From Dehalococcoidia bacterium (GTDB taxonomy: Bacteria > Chloroflexota > Dehalococcoidia > SM23-28-2 > RBG-16-64-32), in NCBI GenBank assembly GCA_030649945.1, contig JAUSFE010000083.1, positions 5,194 to 69,193 of the forward strand: DNA of 64,000 nt, in the 5' to 3' direction. The notes under the pieces were generated by a model that ran no database searches, had not been told where the DNA came from, and saw nothing but the letters and a program-made list of their open reading frames with translations. Position numbers and translations under genes: made by a program. Shown here piece by piece: positions 53,058-63,139 of the stretch (its first letter is position 1; the number at the start of each line of letters is the position of its first letter).

Positions 53058-53924
53058 TCACCGGCTGGACTCGGCCTTCTCCACCGCCTGCGCGCGCACC
53101 CGGACGTGGTCGCAGAGCGCCTCCTGCCACGGCCGCAGCACGATGCCCAGCCGGGCGGCCCGCACGTTGGCCAGCGCCGACATGACCGGCTTGCGGTACG
53201 GGCCGCCGTATTCGGCCTGGGTTGCCGGTTCGGCCGGGATGTGCGCTAGGCCCGCGAGCCGCAGGACCTCCTGCCCCCACTCCCGGCGCGAGCAGTAGCC
53301 GCTGTTGGTCAGGTGGTAGACCCCCCAGCGGGGCTCGCGCACCAGCCGGGCGATCGCCTCGGCCAGGTCCACTGTCCACGTCGGCGAGGCGGTCTCATCC
53401 GTTACCAGCCTGAGGCTGCCGCGGTCGTGCGCCGCCTGGACGATCTTCTCGGGGAAGCTCTCACGGCCGGGGCCGTAGAGCCAGGAGGTGCGCACGATCC
53501 AGTGCCGCCCCAGGGCGCTCCGCACAAGGCGCTCGCCTTCCAGCTTGGAGCGGCCGTACTCGTTGACGGCGCGCGGCTCGTCGTCCTCCTCGTAGGGGGC
53601 GCCCTTCTCGCCGTCGAAAACCTCGTTGCTGCTCACGTAGAGCATAGCCGCTCCCGCTCCGGCGCAGGCCTCCGCGACGCAGCCCGCGCCCCCGGCGTTG
53701 ACCGCGAGCGCCCGTTCCGGGTCGCGCTCGCAGTCGGCGGTGTCGGTCCAGGCGGCGGCGTGGATGACCACCTCTGGGCGCGCCTGCGCCAGCGCGCGGC
53801 GGGCGGCGTCGGCGTCAGTGACGTCGAGCTCATCGTGGCCAAGGGCGGTCACTTCATGGGCGCCGAGGGCGGCCTGGAGCGCTTGCCCCAGCTGTCCCCT
53901 GCCGCCGGTGATCAGGATGCGCAT
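53058..53924 (-). CDS. rfbD: dTDP-4-dehydrorhamnose reductase
   Basis: MRILITGGRGQLG...VIHAAAWTDTADCE...YGRSKLEGE. Confidence 0.85.
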   Translation of the reverse strand: MRILITGGRGQLGQALQAALGAHEVTALGHDELDVTDADAARRALAQARPEVVIHAAAWTDTADCERDPERALAVNAGGAGCVAEACAGAGAAMLYVSSNEVFDGEKGAPYEEDDEPRAVNEYGRSKLEGERLVRSALGRHWIVRTSWLYGPGRESFPEKIVQAAHDRGSLRLVTDETASPTWTVDLAEAIARLVREPRWGVYHLTNSGYCSRREWGQEVLRLAGLAHIPAEPATQAEYGGPYRKPVMSALANVRAARLGIVLRPWQEALCDHVRVRAQAVEKAESSR

Positions 53925-53932
53925 GTTGGCTG

Positions 53933-54018
53933 AGGGCGCAGCAAGCAGCGGGCGCAGCAAGCGGCGCCCCTACGGGGATTCGGCGCGATCATTGGGCGCA
54001 GCAAGCAGGCGCCCCTAC
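53933..54018. repeat. Cluster of REP-like palindromes GGGCGCAGCAAGC(N)GCGCCCCTAC (2 full, 1 partial)
   Basis: 53950-53973, 53992-54018, and a partial copy at 53933-53949. The rfbC stop (54015-54017) lies in the CCCCTAC end. Confidence 0.85.
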
Positions 54019-54470
54019 CGGAACTCGATCTCCCACTGGAAGGGGATGCTCGGGTCGTCCCAGGGCAGGCGGTGCTCGTCCGGCTCGGCGGCGTTGTAGA
54101 CCTCTGTGGGGAAGTTCACCAGCAGCGAGGGCTCCGTGCCCACCGTCATGTAGCCATGCGCCACGCCGATGGGAATGCGCAGGACGATGTTGTTGCGCTC
54201 CCCCAGGTAGTGCGCCTCCGCCCGGCCGCGGGTGGGCGAGCCTTCCCGCATGTCGTACAGGCCCACTTTGCACATGCCCTTGACGACCACGAAGTAGTCT
54301 TCCTGCTTCTTGTGGTAGTGCCAGGCGCGGATGACGCCCGGGTAGTTTAACGAGACGTAGCACTGGCCAAACTTCGTGAAGAACTCGTCGTCGCTGCGGA
54401 CCAGCTCCATCAGGTAGCCGCGCTCGTCGGCGTGGGGCGCCAGGCGCTTGATCTGCACTCCCTCGATCAT
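54015..54470 (-). CDS. rfbC: dTDP-4-dehydrorhamnose 3,5-epimerase
   Basis: RGYLMEL...VIRAWHYH..QEDYFVVVKG. 151 aa cupin. Confidence 0.88.
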   Translation of the reverse strand: MIEGVQIKRLAPHADERGYLMELVRSDDEFFTKFGQCYVSLNYPGVIRAWHYHKKQEDYFVVVKGMCKVGLYDMREGSPTRGRAEAHYLGERNNIVLRIPIGVAHGYMTVGTEPSLLVNFPTEVYNAAEPDEHRLPWDDPSIPFQWEIEFR

Positions 54471-54488
54471 CCTGCCATCTCCTTCAGG

Positions 54489-55547
54489 TCAGGGCCGGGG
54501 CCCTGCCGCGTACGGCCTCGCTTCCGCCAGGCGCTTGCCATACTGCTCCCGGTAGTACTGCTGGAACTCGCCTTCACGCACCTTCTCCCACCACCAGCGG
54601 CTATCGGTGTACCAGCGGACGGCTTTCTCGATGGCTTCCGCGAACCCGTGGCGCGGCGACCAGCCAAGCGCCCTGATCTTATCGAAGTTGACGCAATAGC
54701 GGCGGTCGTGCCCGGCGCGGTCTTCCACGAAGTGGATGAGGTTGCGCGGCTTGCCCAGGATATCGAGCACGAGTTCAGCGACTTCGATGTTGTAGCGCTG
54801 GTTACCGGCGCCGACGTTGTACGCCCCGCCGGGCTCGCCCTCGTGCAGGAGGAGGTCCAGCGCCTCACAGTTGTCCTCTACATAAAGCCAGTCGCGCACC
54901 TGGCGTCCGTCGCCGTAGATGGGCAGGGGCTCGTCCATCAGCGCGTTCGTCGCACACAGGGGGACGAATTTCTCGATGTGCTGCCGGGGTCCGACGTTGT
55001 TGGCGGGCCGGGCGATCACCACGGGCAGGCCGTAGGTCTCGACGAAGGCGACGCACTGCATCTCGGCGCCCACTTTGCTGGCGGAGTACGGGCTGCGCGG
55101 GCGGAACGGGTCTGTCTCAACTGACGCCTGGCGTTCGCCCACCTGGCCGTAGACTTCGTCCGTGGACAGGTGGAGGAAGCGTTTAAGCTTCGGTGAACGG
55201 CGGGCCGCCTCCAGCAGCGTGTACGTGCCGTACACCTCCGTGCGGATGAACTCGTCACCGGCCATGAGCGAGCGGTCCACGTGGCTTTCGGCGGCGAAGT
55301 TGACGACGTAGTCGGCCTCGTGCATGAGGTCCTCGACGAGCGCCCCATCGCAGATGTCGCCGCGGACGAAGCGATAGCCCTCGTCGTCCGCCACCTCGCG
55401 CAGGTTGTCCTGGTTGCCGGCGTAGGTGAGCTTGTCCAGGTTGATGACGCGGGCTTGAGGGTGCTCCCGCAGGAGGCGGAGGATGAAGTTGCTGCCGATG
55501 AAGCCGCAGCCGCCGGTGATGAGGTAGGTGGTCACGCGGCCGTCCAT
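54489..55547 (-). CDS. rfbB: dTDP-glucose 4,6-dehydratase
   Basis: YLITGGCGFIGSNF...LSTDEVYG...YSASKVGAE. Confidence 0.92.
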   Translation of the reverse strand: MDGRVTTYLITGGCGFIGSNFILRLLREHPQARVINLDKLTYAGNQDNLREVADDEGYRFVRGDICDGALVEDLMHEADYVVNFAAESHVDRSLMAGDEFIRTEVYGTYTLLEAARRSPKLKRFLHLSTDEVYGQVGERQASVETDPFRPRSPYSASKVGAEMQCVAFVETYGLPVVIARPANNVGPRQHIEKFVPLCATNALMDEPLPIYGDGRQVRDWLYVEDNCEALDLLLHEGEPGGAYNVGAGNQRYNIEVAELVLDILGKPRNLIHFVEDRAGHDRRYCVNFDKIRALGWSPRHGFAEAIEKAVRWYTDSRWWWEKVREGEFQQYYREQYGKRLAEARPYAAGPRP

Positions 55548-55739
55548 TCCCTGTCATCTTGAGCGGTGAGGGCATTCGCGCGGGGAGGTTGGCCGCTGCG
55601 TGGGCGGCTGCGCAGGGCTGTGTTCCGCGGGCTGCCGAAACGGGGCGGCGCCGGGCTGCGCACGGCGGCTACCCCCCGCCAGATTCTTCGCGAAGGTGCG
55701 CCCTCCGGCGCTCGGGCCTGATTCCCGCTCAGAATGACG

Positions 55740-56810
55740 TTAGCCATCTGGCATCTCGATGCGGCTGTGGTCGCCCAGGGTCAGGCTGTAGCCGCCGCCG
55801 GCGGCGTGGCCGCCGCGCAGCTCCACGCACCGCCCGATGAGGCTCTGGACGATGGGCCAGTGGATGTCCTCGATCACGGTGTCTTCCATGACCACGCTGT
55901 TCTCCATGCGGCAGCCGCGGATCCGGCAGCCGTGGTCGATGGACGTGCTGGGCCCGATGTAGGAATCGATGATCTCGGTCCCGGCGCCGATGATGATGGG
56001 GCCGCGCAGGACGCTGTTGACGACCCTGGAGCCGGGCTCCAGCACCACCGGCTCGTACACCCGCGAGCGTTCGTCCACCTCGCCCTGGCAGCGGTGCTCG
56101 ATCGTCCCCAGCACCATGCGGTTGGCGTTGAGGATGTCGTCCATCTTCCCGGTGTCTATCCAGTAGCGGTCCAGCACCTCCGCGCGGACGTCAAGGCCGC
56201 GGTCAATCAGGCCCTGGAGGGCGTCCGTGATCTCCAGCTCGCCGCGCGCGGAGGGCTGGAGGTCCTCGATGACGTTGAAGACGGTCTGGTCCAGCATGTA
56301 GACGCCGATGACGGCGAGGTTCGAGGGCGGGTCCGCGGGCTTCTCCACGATGCGGGCGATCTTGCCGTCCACGAACTGGGCGATGCCGAAGGACTGCGGG
56401 TCTGCCACGGGGTGCAGGAGGATCTGCGAGTTGCAGCCGCTGGCGAGGAAGCTCTCCACGTACGGCCTGATGCCCCCGAGCACAAAGTTGTCTCCGAGGT
56501 AGAGGGTGAAGGGCGAGGCGCCCAGGAAGCCGCGGGCGATCTTGACCGCGTGGGCGATGCCCAGCGGCGCGTCCTGCGGGATGTATGTCACGTTCGCCCC
56601 AAAGGCGCTGCCATCGCCCACGGCCGCCTTCACCTGCTCCGCCGTATCGCCGACGACGATGCCGATGTCGGTAACGCCGCACTCCACCAGTTGATCGATG
56701 GCGTAGAAGATGACCGGACGGTTGGCGATGGGCACGAGCTGCTTGGCGTTGGTGTAGGTGAAGGGGCGCAGGCGGCTGCCCTTGCCGCCGCTCAGGATCA
56801 GGCCCTTCAT
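55740..56810 (-). CDS. rfbA: glucose-1-phosphate thymidylyltransferase (long form with C-terminal left-handed beta-helix)
   Basis: MKGLILSGGKGSRLRPFTYTNAKQLVPIANRP. An alternative start at 56879 would add 23 aa. Confidence 0.85.
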   Translation of the reverse strand: MKGLILSGGKGSRLRPFTYTNAKQLVPIANRPVIFYAIDQLVECGVTDIGIVVGDTAEQVKAAVGDGSAFGANVTYIPQDAPLGIAHAVKIARGFLGASPFTLYLGDNFVLGGIRPYVESFLASGCNSQILLHPVADPQSFGIAQFVDGKIARIVEKPADPPSNLAVIGVYMLDQTVFNVIEDLQPSARGELEITDALQGLIDRGLDVRAEVLDRYWIDTGKMDDILNANRMVLGTIEHRCQGEVDERSRVYEPVVLEPGSRVVNSVLRGPIIIGAGTEIIDSYIGPSTSIDHGCRIRGCRMENSVVMEDTVIEDIHWPIVQSLIGRCVELRGGHAAGGGYSLTLGDHSRIEMPDG

Positions 56811-56891
56811 GGCGCCGTCCGCCCCACCGGCGGGGTCGGCCCCCGCTGTCTTCCTGGTGGCGGTCGCTGCAGTGGTCATGCGTTTCCTCGC

Positions 56892-57797
56892 TTAAACTAA
56901 CGGCCGCCGGCGTGCCTGGTTACTCGCGTGCCACAACAAGGCCCTTGCTTCCGCCGCCGCCCGCGCGGCCTTCGTTGGGTGGCGCAGGAAGTAGAGGGGC
57001 CCGTACACAAGCACGTGCATGAGCAGCGCCGTGAGGACCTGGAGCGGACTCCCCCGCTTGCGCACGAAGAGCAGGGCATTGCGCCGGTACAGGTAGTGGA
57101 AGCCGGGGTCCGGGTCCTGTGACCGGGCGGCCCTGTGCCACACCTTTGCCCCGGGCACATAGTAGCACCGCAGCCCCTGCTGGCGGGCGCGGGCGCACCA
57201 GTCCGTCTCTTCCCAGTAAGCGAAGTAGTCTTCGTCCAGCAGGCCCACGCGCTCGATGGCGCCGCGTGGGATAAGCATGCAGACGCCGTCGGCGTAGTCG
57301 CGCTGGGCGGGCGCGTCGAACTGGCCGCGGTCCGGCCGGCCGCGCCCCACCTGGCGGGCGGTCCCCCGCCAGAGGCTGTAGCTGCCGCCGGTGGAGTAGA
57401 TGACGTCCGGCCGGTCAAAGAAGTATGTCCTGGGGCAGACGGCGGCGACGTCCGGCGTAGACTCCGCGGCCTGCACCATGGCCTCCAGGAACTGCGGCTG
57501 GACGACGGTATCGTTGTTCAGGAGGAGCATGTACCCGGCGCCCTGCTCCAGGGCGTAGCGGATGCCGGTGTTGGCGCCGCCGGCGAAGCCGGTGTTGGTC
57601 TCGTTCTCGATGAGGTGGATGTAGCCCCCGAACTCTTTCTTCAGCAGTTGCCCTTCGGCTTCCGTGGAGCCGTTGTCCACGACGACGACGCGGGCGTTCG
57701 GATAGGTGACCGCGCGCAGGCTGTCCAGGCACTCGCGCGTATCAGCGAGGCCGTTCCAGTTGAGGATGACGATGGTGACGGTCGGCGCGGGGATCAT
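56892..57797 (-). CDS. glycosyltransferase family 2
   Basis: VTIVILNWNG...VVVDNGSTE...LLLNNDTVV. Confidence 0.85.
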   Translation of the reverse strand: MIPAPTVTIVILNWNGLADTRECLDSLRAVTYPNARVVVVDNGSTEAEGQLLKKEFGGYIHLIENETNTGFAGGANTGIRYALEQGAGYMLLLNNDTVVQPQFLEAMVQAAESTPDVAAVCPRTYFFDRPDVIYSTGGSYSLWRGTARQVGRGRPDRGQFDAPAQRDYADGVCMLIPRGAIERVGLLDEDYFAYWEETDWCARARQQGLRCYYVPGAKVWHRAARSQDPDPGFHYLYRRNALLFVRKRGSPLQVLTALLMHVLVYGPLYFLRHPTKAARAAAEARALLWHASNQARRRPLV

Positions 57798-58014
57798 GTT
57801 TCCCCCTTAAGATAGCACCCGGCGCGGGGATCGCGGAGGCGACCGCCCGGCGACGGCGCCGCGTCGCCGCCGGTATGGTCGCCGACATCGCGCGAGGAGT
57901 CAAGGCGGGGCTATAATGGGCGAAGCCCGGCCCGCTGAATGGCCGAGCGCTGCCCGGAGGCCCACCGGACAACCGTGAGGGTGCTCCGCTTGCGATCGAA
58001 GAGGACTGTCTGTC

Positions 58015-60432
58015 TTGATACCGGATACCCGCGCAGACTCAGCTCACCACCGGATCGACCGTTCTCTGTTCGACCTCCCCTTCGATCATTTCGAACGGCA
58101 TGCGCTCACCCGGGCGGTCGTCGACCTTGTCCGCGAGCATTCGGGGCGGCCGGCCCTGCGGGTGCTGGACGTCGGCGGCGCGGCGGCGTCGCTCGCCCGG
58201 TTTCTGCCTGAGGACGACGTGCTGGCGATCGACCCTGAGGACTCGGCCGGCCAGGGCTACATGCGCGGAGTGGGCACGCAGCTGCCGTTCCGCGACGGTG
58301 CATTCGATGTCGTCACCTGCCACGATACGCTGGAGCACGTCCCGGCCGACTGCCGCGAGGCGTTTATCCGGGAGATGGTACGCGTGGCGTCCAGGTTCGT
58401 CATCGTCAACGGGCCCTTCCTGGATCCCCGCGTGGAGGCGGCGGAGGCTCTGGTCATGCAGGTGGCGAGGGATACGCTGGGCGACTCGTCTGCCACTGTG
58501 CGTTTTCTGAACGAGCACCTGTACCACGGGCTTCCACCACTGGAGGAGACCAGGCGCCAGATGGGAGAAGGGGGCTTGCGGAGCATAGTCGTGCCCAGCG
58601 GGGCGTTGGACCGGTGGCTGGCGAACATGCTCATGAAGCACCACCTGTCTGTGCTGGCCGGGCACGAAGTCCAGGCCCACGCGTTCGACCGCTGGAGCAA
58701 CAGCGCGTATCAACCTGTTGCCGAGCCCGAGCCCACCTACCGCCACGCAATCCTCATGTCCCGGACCGGGGACAGCCGCCTGATGGAGCTTCTGGCGAAA
58801 AAGCTGAACGCGCCGGCCGAGCGGCCCCACGCCGAAGAAGGTGCGATCGGCTTGCCCTTCGAGGTGGCGAGCCGGGCCGTTTCCCGCTTCTCCCGCCTCG
58901 CGGAAGAGCAGTTGGAGCGGAAGGATGCGCTTATCGAGCGCCTGGAGGCGCGTCTGCGGGAGGTGGACGCCACGGTCGCCCGGCTCCAGGATACGCTGGC
59001 GGACAAGGACGCCATCCTGGGCGAGCAAGAAGACCTTCTGGCGGAGCGCGAGGTGGCCCTGGACGACGTTGCCCAGCAGCTCGACGCTATCCGCTGGTCT
59101 TTCGGCTACCGCGTGCTGGAAGCGCAGCGGCGGGCCCTCCGCTGGCTGTTTCCCCCTGGCTCCTGGCGCGGCATGCCTTATCGCGCGGTCAGACGGGCGG
59201 TGCGACTCGCGGCCCGCGCCCCGCGCCGGTTCGTCTCCCTGTCGAGGAAGGCGATGCGCGCCCGGCAGCGCTACGGCACGCCCGCTCTTGTGGGCAAATC
59301 GATCGGTCATCTGGCGGGGCGGGCGCACGGCGCCATCGATCCGGTGAAATACGCGCTCTCTGTGGACTGGCAGCCGGGGGCGACGCGGCAGCCCGCGGCG
59401 TTACCGGCCCTGAACCTGGACCACCCCACGGTGAACTGGGTGATACCCACCTTCGGCGAAGGCGGCGGGCTGCGGACCATCTTTCGCTTCGTGGCGTTCC
59501 TGGAGGGCCACGGCTTCCGGCAGAGAATCTACGAGATGCCCGTCGGCCGGCCGGCGCGACGATCGCGGGAAGAGCTGCGCTCTCTCATCCGGCGCAGCTT
59601 CGGGCTCTCCCTGCGCGACGTCTTTCTGGACTTCGAGGAGATGGAACCGTCCGATATCACCTTCGCGACGTCCTGGCACACCGCGTACCCGGTGCTGAAG
59701 TTCGAGGCGACCAGGAAAAAGTGCTACTTCGTCCAGGACTTCGAACCCTTCTTCGCGCCTGTGGGCACGGAGAGCGCGCTGACGGAGAACACCTACCGCT
59801 TCGGGTTCCACGGAGTCACCGCGGGGCGCTGGCTCTGCGACAAACTGTCCGCCGATTACGGCATGACGTGCGACTACTTCGACCTGGCCGTTGACCGGCG
59901 GGTCTACTTCCCCAAGGACATGGGGCCGCGCCGTAAGCTGTTCTTCTACGCTCGGCCGGCCACGCCCAGGCGCGGCTTCGAGCTGGGCGTGAAGGCGCTG
60001 GAGATCTTTCATTCGCGCAATCGTGGCTACCAGATTGTCGTGGCCGGGGGAGACGTGGGCGGAGACCCCTTCCCCTTCCCCGCGACGAATGCCGGCTACG
60101 TCAGTGAAGACAAGCTCAACGATCTCTATAACCAGTCTGCCGCCGCCCTCGTCATCTCCCTCACCAACTGCTCGCTGCTGCCCCTGGAGATCATGGCCAC
60201 CGGCTGCCCGGTAGTGACGACGATCGGTGATAACAACGAGAAGGTGCTGCCGCCGGACTCGGCCATCCTGGCCGTGCCGTCGCCCCAGCATCTGGCGCAG
60301 GCTCTCGAAGATGCGGTGAAGCGCCCGGCACGCAAGGAGCTGATTGCGGCGGCCGAGCGGTACTCCTGGGAGGAGCAGGGAGAGAAAGTCGCCGCGCTGC
60401 TGAAGCGGCTGCTCGCAGACCTGCCGGCATGA
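58015..60432 (+). CDS. fusion protein: SAM-dependent methyltransferase / coiled coil / WsaF-like GT-B glycosyltransferase
   Basis: VLDVGGAAASL...FDVVTCHDTLEHV (methyltransferase). EEQLERKDALIERLEARLREVDATVARLQDTLADKDAILGEQEDLL (coiled coil). VNWVIPTFGEGGGLRTIFRF... (glycosyltransferase). TTG start is uncertain. Confidence 0.7.
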   Translation: MIPDTRADSAHHRIDRSLFDLPFDHFERHALTRAVVDLVREHSGRPALRVLDVGGAAASLARFLPEDDVLAIDPEDSAGQGYMRGVGTQLPFRDGAFDVVTCHDTLEHVPADCREAFIREMVRVASRFVIVNGPFLDPRVEAAEALVMQVARDTLGDSSATVRFLNEHLYHGLPPLEETRRQMGEGGLRSIVVPSGALDRWLANMLMKHHLSVLAGHEVQAHAFDRWSNSAYQPVAEPEPTYRHAILMSRTGDSRLMELLAKKLNAPAERPHAEEGAIGLPFEVASRAVSRFSRLAEEQLERKDALIERLEARLREVDATVARLQDTLADKDAILGEQEDLLAEREVALDDVAQQLDAIRWSFGYRVLEAQRRALRWLFPPGSWRGMPYRAVRRAVRLAARAPRRFVSLSRKAMRARQRYGTPALVGKSIGHLAGRAHGAIDPVKYALSVDWQPGATRQPAALPALNLDHPTVNWVIPTFGEGGGLRTIFRFVAFLEGHGFRQRIYEMPVGRPARRSREELRSLIRRSFGLSLRDVFLDFEEMEPSDITFATSWHTAYPVLKFEATRKKCYFVQDFEPFFAPVGTESALTENTYRFGFHGVTAGRWLCDKLSADYGMTCDYFDLAVDRRVYFPKDMGPRRKLFFYARPATPRRGFELGVKALEIFHSRNRGYQIVVAGGDVGGDPFPFPATNAGYVSEDKLNDLYNQSAAALVISLTNCSLLPLEIMATGCPVVTTIGDNNEKVLPPDSAILAVPSPQHLAQALEDAVKRPARKELIAAAERYSWEEQGEKVAALLKRLLADLPA

Positions 60433-61445
60433 GCCAGCGGCCGCTCGCTTCCGTCATCATCCTGACCTTTAACGGCGAGCGGTACCTGGCCGAGGTGCTC
60501 TCCGCCGTATTCGCGCAGGAGACCACGTTCCCCTTCGAGGTGATCGCGATTGACTCCGGCTCGTCGGACCGCACGCTGGAGATACTGGCCGGCTACCCGG
60601 TTAAGCTGCACCGGATCCCGAACAGCGAGTTCAACCACGGCGAGACACGAAACCTGGGGGCGAGACTGGCGCAGGGGGACTTCGTCGCCTACCTGACCCA
60701 GAGCGCCACCCCCGCGGGCGACCGCTGGCTGCAATATCTGGTCGACGCCTTCTCCCCGGGGGCGCAAGTCGGCGCTGTCTACGGGCGCCACATCCCGCGT
60801 CCGGGCTGCGACCCGATGACGAAGCGCGACATTGAGGAGTTCTTCAAGATGATGGGCCCAGAGGACACGCCCACTGCGCGCTTCATCAAAGAGGGCCCGG
60901 AGGGCCGCGCCGAGTACGAGCAGAACGAGGGCATCATCGGCTTCTACTCGGACGCCAACTCCTGCCTGCGCAAGAGCGTCTGGGAGAAGATACCCTACCA
61001 GCCGCTGGACTACGCGGAGGACCAGGCCTTCGGGCGCGATATTCTGGCGGCCGGTTACTGGAAGGTCTACGAACCGCGGGCCGCCGTCTTCCACTCCCAC
61101 AGCTACCCGCTGGTCCAGTATTTCCGCCGCCAGTTCGATGAGTACCGCGGCCTGCGCATCTCCATCGGCTACCGGCAGGAGGGAAGCATCTTCCGGGTCG
61201 TGGGGGGCGCCGCCCGGGCCGGCTGGATCGACGCCGGGCACATCCGCCGCCAGCCGTACTCGCGCCCGGCCAAGGTGAAGTGGATGGGCTATGCCTTTGC
61301 CGCCGAGTTCGCGCGCCGCTTCGCCGGCTACCTGGCCGCGCGCGAGGAGCGGCTGCCGAAGCGCATCGTGCGGGCTCTCTCGCTGGAGGCGAAAGCGCGG
61401 GCCAAAGCGCCGAAGGGGCGCACGCCAGCGCCACGGCGACCGTAA
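60429..61445 (+). CDS. glycosyltransferase family 2
   Basis: ASVIILTFNGERYL...VIAIDSGSSDRT. 4-nt overlap with the upstream gene. Confidence 0.85.
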   Translation: MSQRPLASVIILTFNGERYLAEVLSAVFAQETTFPFEVIAIDSGSSDRTLEILAGYPVKLHRIPNSEFNHGETRNLGARLAQGDFVAYLTQSATPAGDRWLQYLVDAFSPGAQVGAVYGRHIPRPGCDPMTKRDIEEFFKMMGPEDTPTARFIKEGPEGRAEYEQNEGIIGFYSDANSCLRKSVWEKIPYQPLDYAEDQAFGRDILAAGYWKVYEPRAAVFHSHSYPLVQYFRRQFDEYRGLRISIGYRQEGSIFRVVGGAARAGWIDAGHIRRQPYSRPAKVKWMGYAFAAEFARRFAGYLAAREERLPKRIVRALSLEAKARAKAPKGRTPAPRRP

Positions 61446-61533
61446 GGGCGTAGTCCTGCATCCGACTGTCCGGCAGGGACGCAGAACCAGGCGGACGCTC
61501 CTCTCGCCACCACCTGTCCTCTCCGGTATATTG

Positions 61534-62916
61534 ATGCCAACGGCCACCGTTGAGTCAGTGCAGGGAGGGTGCTTGGAACAAACCTCCGCCGTTCCTGATG
61601 TAGTTCGAGCAGCGACGACCACCACCCGCATTTGGGAGCTCCTGCAAGCCTGGCTGCCACTCGTGGGCGTAGTCAGCGGCTTCATGGTTCTCGCGTTCGC
61701 CTACAGCGTGTCGGTGCCTATCTACGAGGCTCCGGACGAACCCGCGCACGTAGAGTACGCGCATCATATTGCGAGCGAGACGAGTCTCCCGGACATGAGC
61801 GACTCCTACGAGGCGTGGCAGCCGCCGCTCTACTACACGATCGGTGGCGTGACTCTTAAGATTTTTGGGCTGGACTCCATCCCCCAGAACGCGATCAACC
61901 CTCAACTGGGGCTCCAGTCCAACGCGTACATTCACGGCACCCATGAGGCGTTTCCGTACTCAGGCGGGTATCTCACTGTGCATGTGCTGCGGTGGATATC
62001 TGTGCTCTTCGGCGCGGGCGCACTGGTCTTTATCTACATGATCGCGATCACCATCTTCCCGCAGCGCAAGCTCCTGGCGTTGTCCGTGACGGCCACCGCT
62101 GGGCTGGTACCGCAGTTTGCGTTTACCAGCGGCTACGCCACCAACGACATCCCTGCTGTCTTCTTCGCCACAGCGGTTGTTTTCTGCGGTTTGCGGCTGC
62201 TTAGAGAGCCGCACCTCAAGTGGGCGGGGGCGGCCGCGGTGGCGCTGGCTCTCGGCGGCCTGACCAAGTCCAGCGTTGTCGCCGTGGCCGCCGTGCCGTT
62301 GCTGGCCTGCGTGTTAGCTCCGGTCACGCTACGCGCGAAGGGGAAGATGCTCGCCGTGATGATCGCCTTGCCTGCCGTCGTGGCGGGTCCCTTCTACCTC
62401 AGGAACATCATTCAGTGGGGCGCAGTCTACCCTGATGACCTTCTTCCCTTCCCCACGCACCCGCGCGGTATCTTAGACCCCGGGTACCGCCAGATATTCC
62501 TGCCCATGCTCCGCCAGTCGTACTGGTATTATGGCGGCTGGCTGACTGTGGTTCTCTCACCCATTCTGTACGACATTCTGAACGTGGCGTCCGTGTTAGC
62601 CGTGGGAGGAGCTGTCAGCGCCTTCGTTTCGCGGCAGTTTTCTGAGTTCCAGCACAGGGCCATGCTCTTGCTCGCGCTGACTATCGTGCTGGCGTTCCTG
62701 GGCACTCTCTATATCAGCGTCTTCATGGACTGGCAGCCGCAAGGGAGATACCTGTTCCCTGCTCAGGCGGCCTTCGCCATGCTCTTCACGTTCGGCATAG
62801 GCGCCCTGTTTTCGCGGGACCACCAGCGCGAGAGTCCCGCCGTGCTCGCAATGCCAGTGATGCTGGTAGCGCTCAACGTCTCCATCTTGCTGATCAACCT
62901 GCCGCGCGCGTACTAG
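61534..62916 (+). CDS. polytopic membrane protein, GT-C-like (GT39/ArnT/DUF2142-like) glycosyltransferase candidate
   Basis: About 11 TM segments. First loop is IYEAPDEPAHVEYAHHIA. ATG 61534 lies within the longer track ORF. Confidence 0.55.
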   Translation: MPTATVESVQGGCLEQTSAVPDVVRAATTTTRIWELLQAWLPLVGVVSGFMVLAFAYSVSVPIYEAPDEPAHVEYAHHIASETSLPDMSDSYEAWQPPLYYTIGGVTLKIFGLDSIPQNAINPQLGLQSNAYIHGTHEAFPYSGGYLTVHVLRWISVLFGAGALVFIYMIAITIFPQRKLLALSVTATAGLVPQFAFTSGYATNDIPAVFFATAVVFCGLRLLREPHLKWAGAAAVALALGGLTKSSVVAVAAVPLLACVLAPVTLRAKGKMLAVMIALPAVVAGPFYLRNIIQWGAVYPDDLLPFPTHPRGILDPGYRQIFLPMLRQSYWYYGGWLTVVLSPILYDILNVASVLAVGGAVSAFVSRQFSEFQHRAMLLLALTIVLAFLGTLYISVFMDWQPQGRYLFPAQAAFAMLFTFGIGALFSRDHQRESPAVLAMPVMLVALNVSILLINLPRAY

Positions 62917-63139
62917 CCCGAGGAGCCTCTCCAGGTAGTTCGGGCGGAGGCTCTGAGGTGCGGCCGGGCAGAGCTAGACGCGTGTCGCCCGCCGATTGCC
63001 TCTCCGCGGCGCGGCTCGGTTTTGCCGGATGGGGGTGCGGCCCTGGACCGCGGTGAGGGCGCTGCCCACTTTCAGAATGTTGTGGGCTGTGCAGGCCAAC
63101 GCCCACTCGGCCTGCGCGGCGCACAGTCCCTGGCCACTG

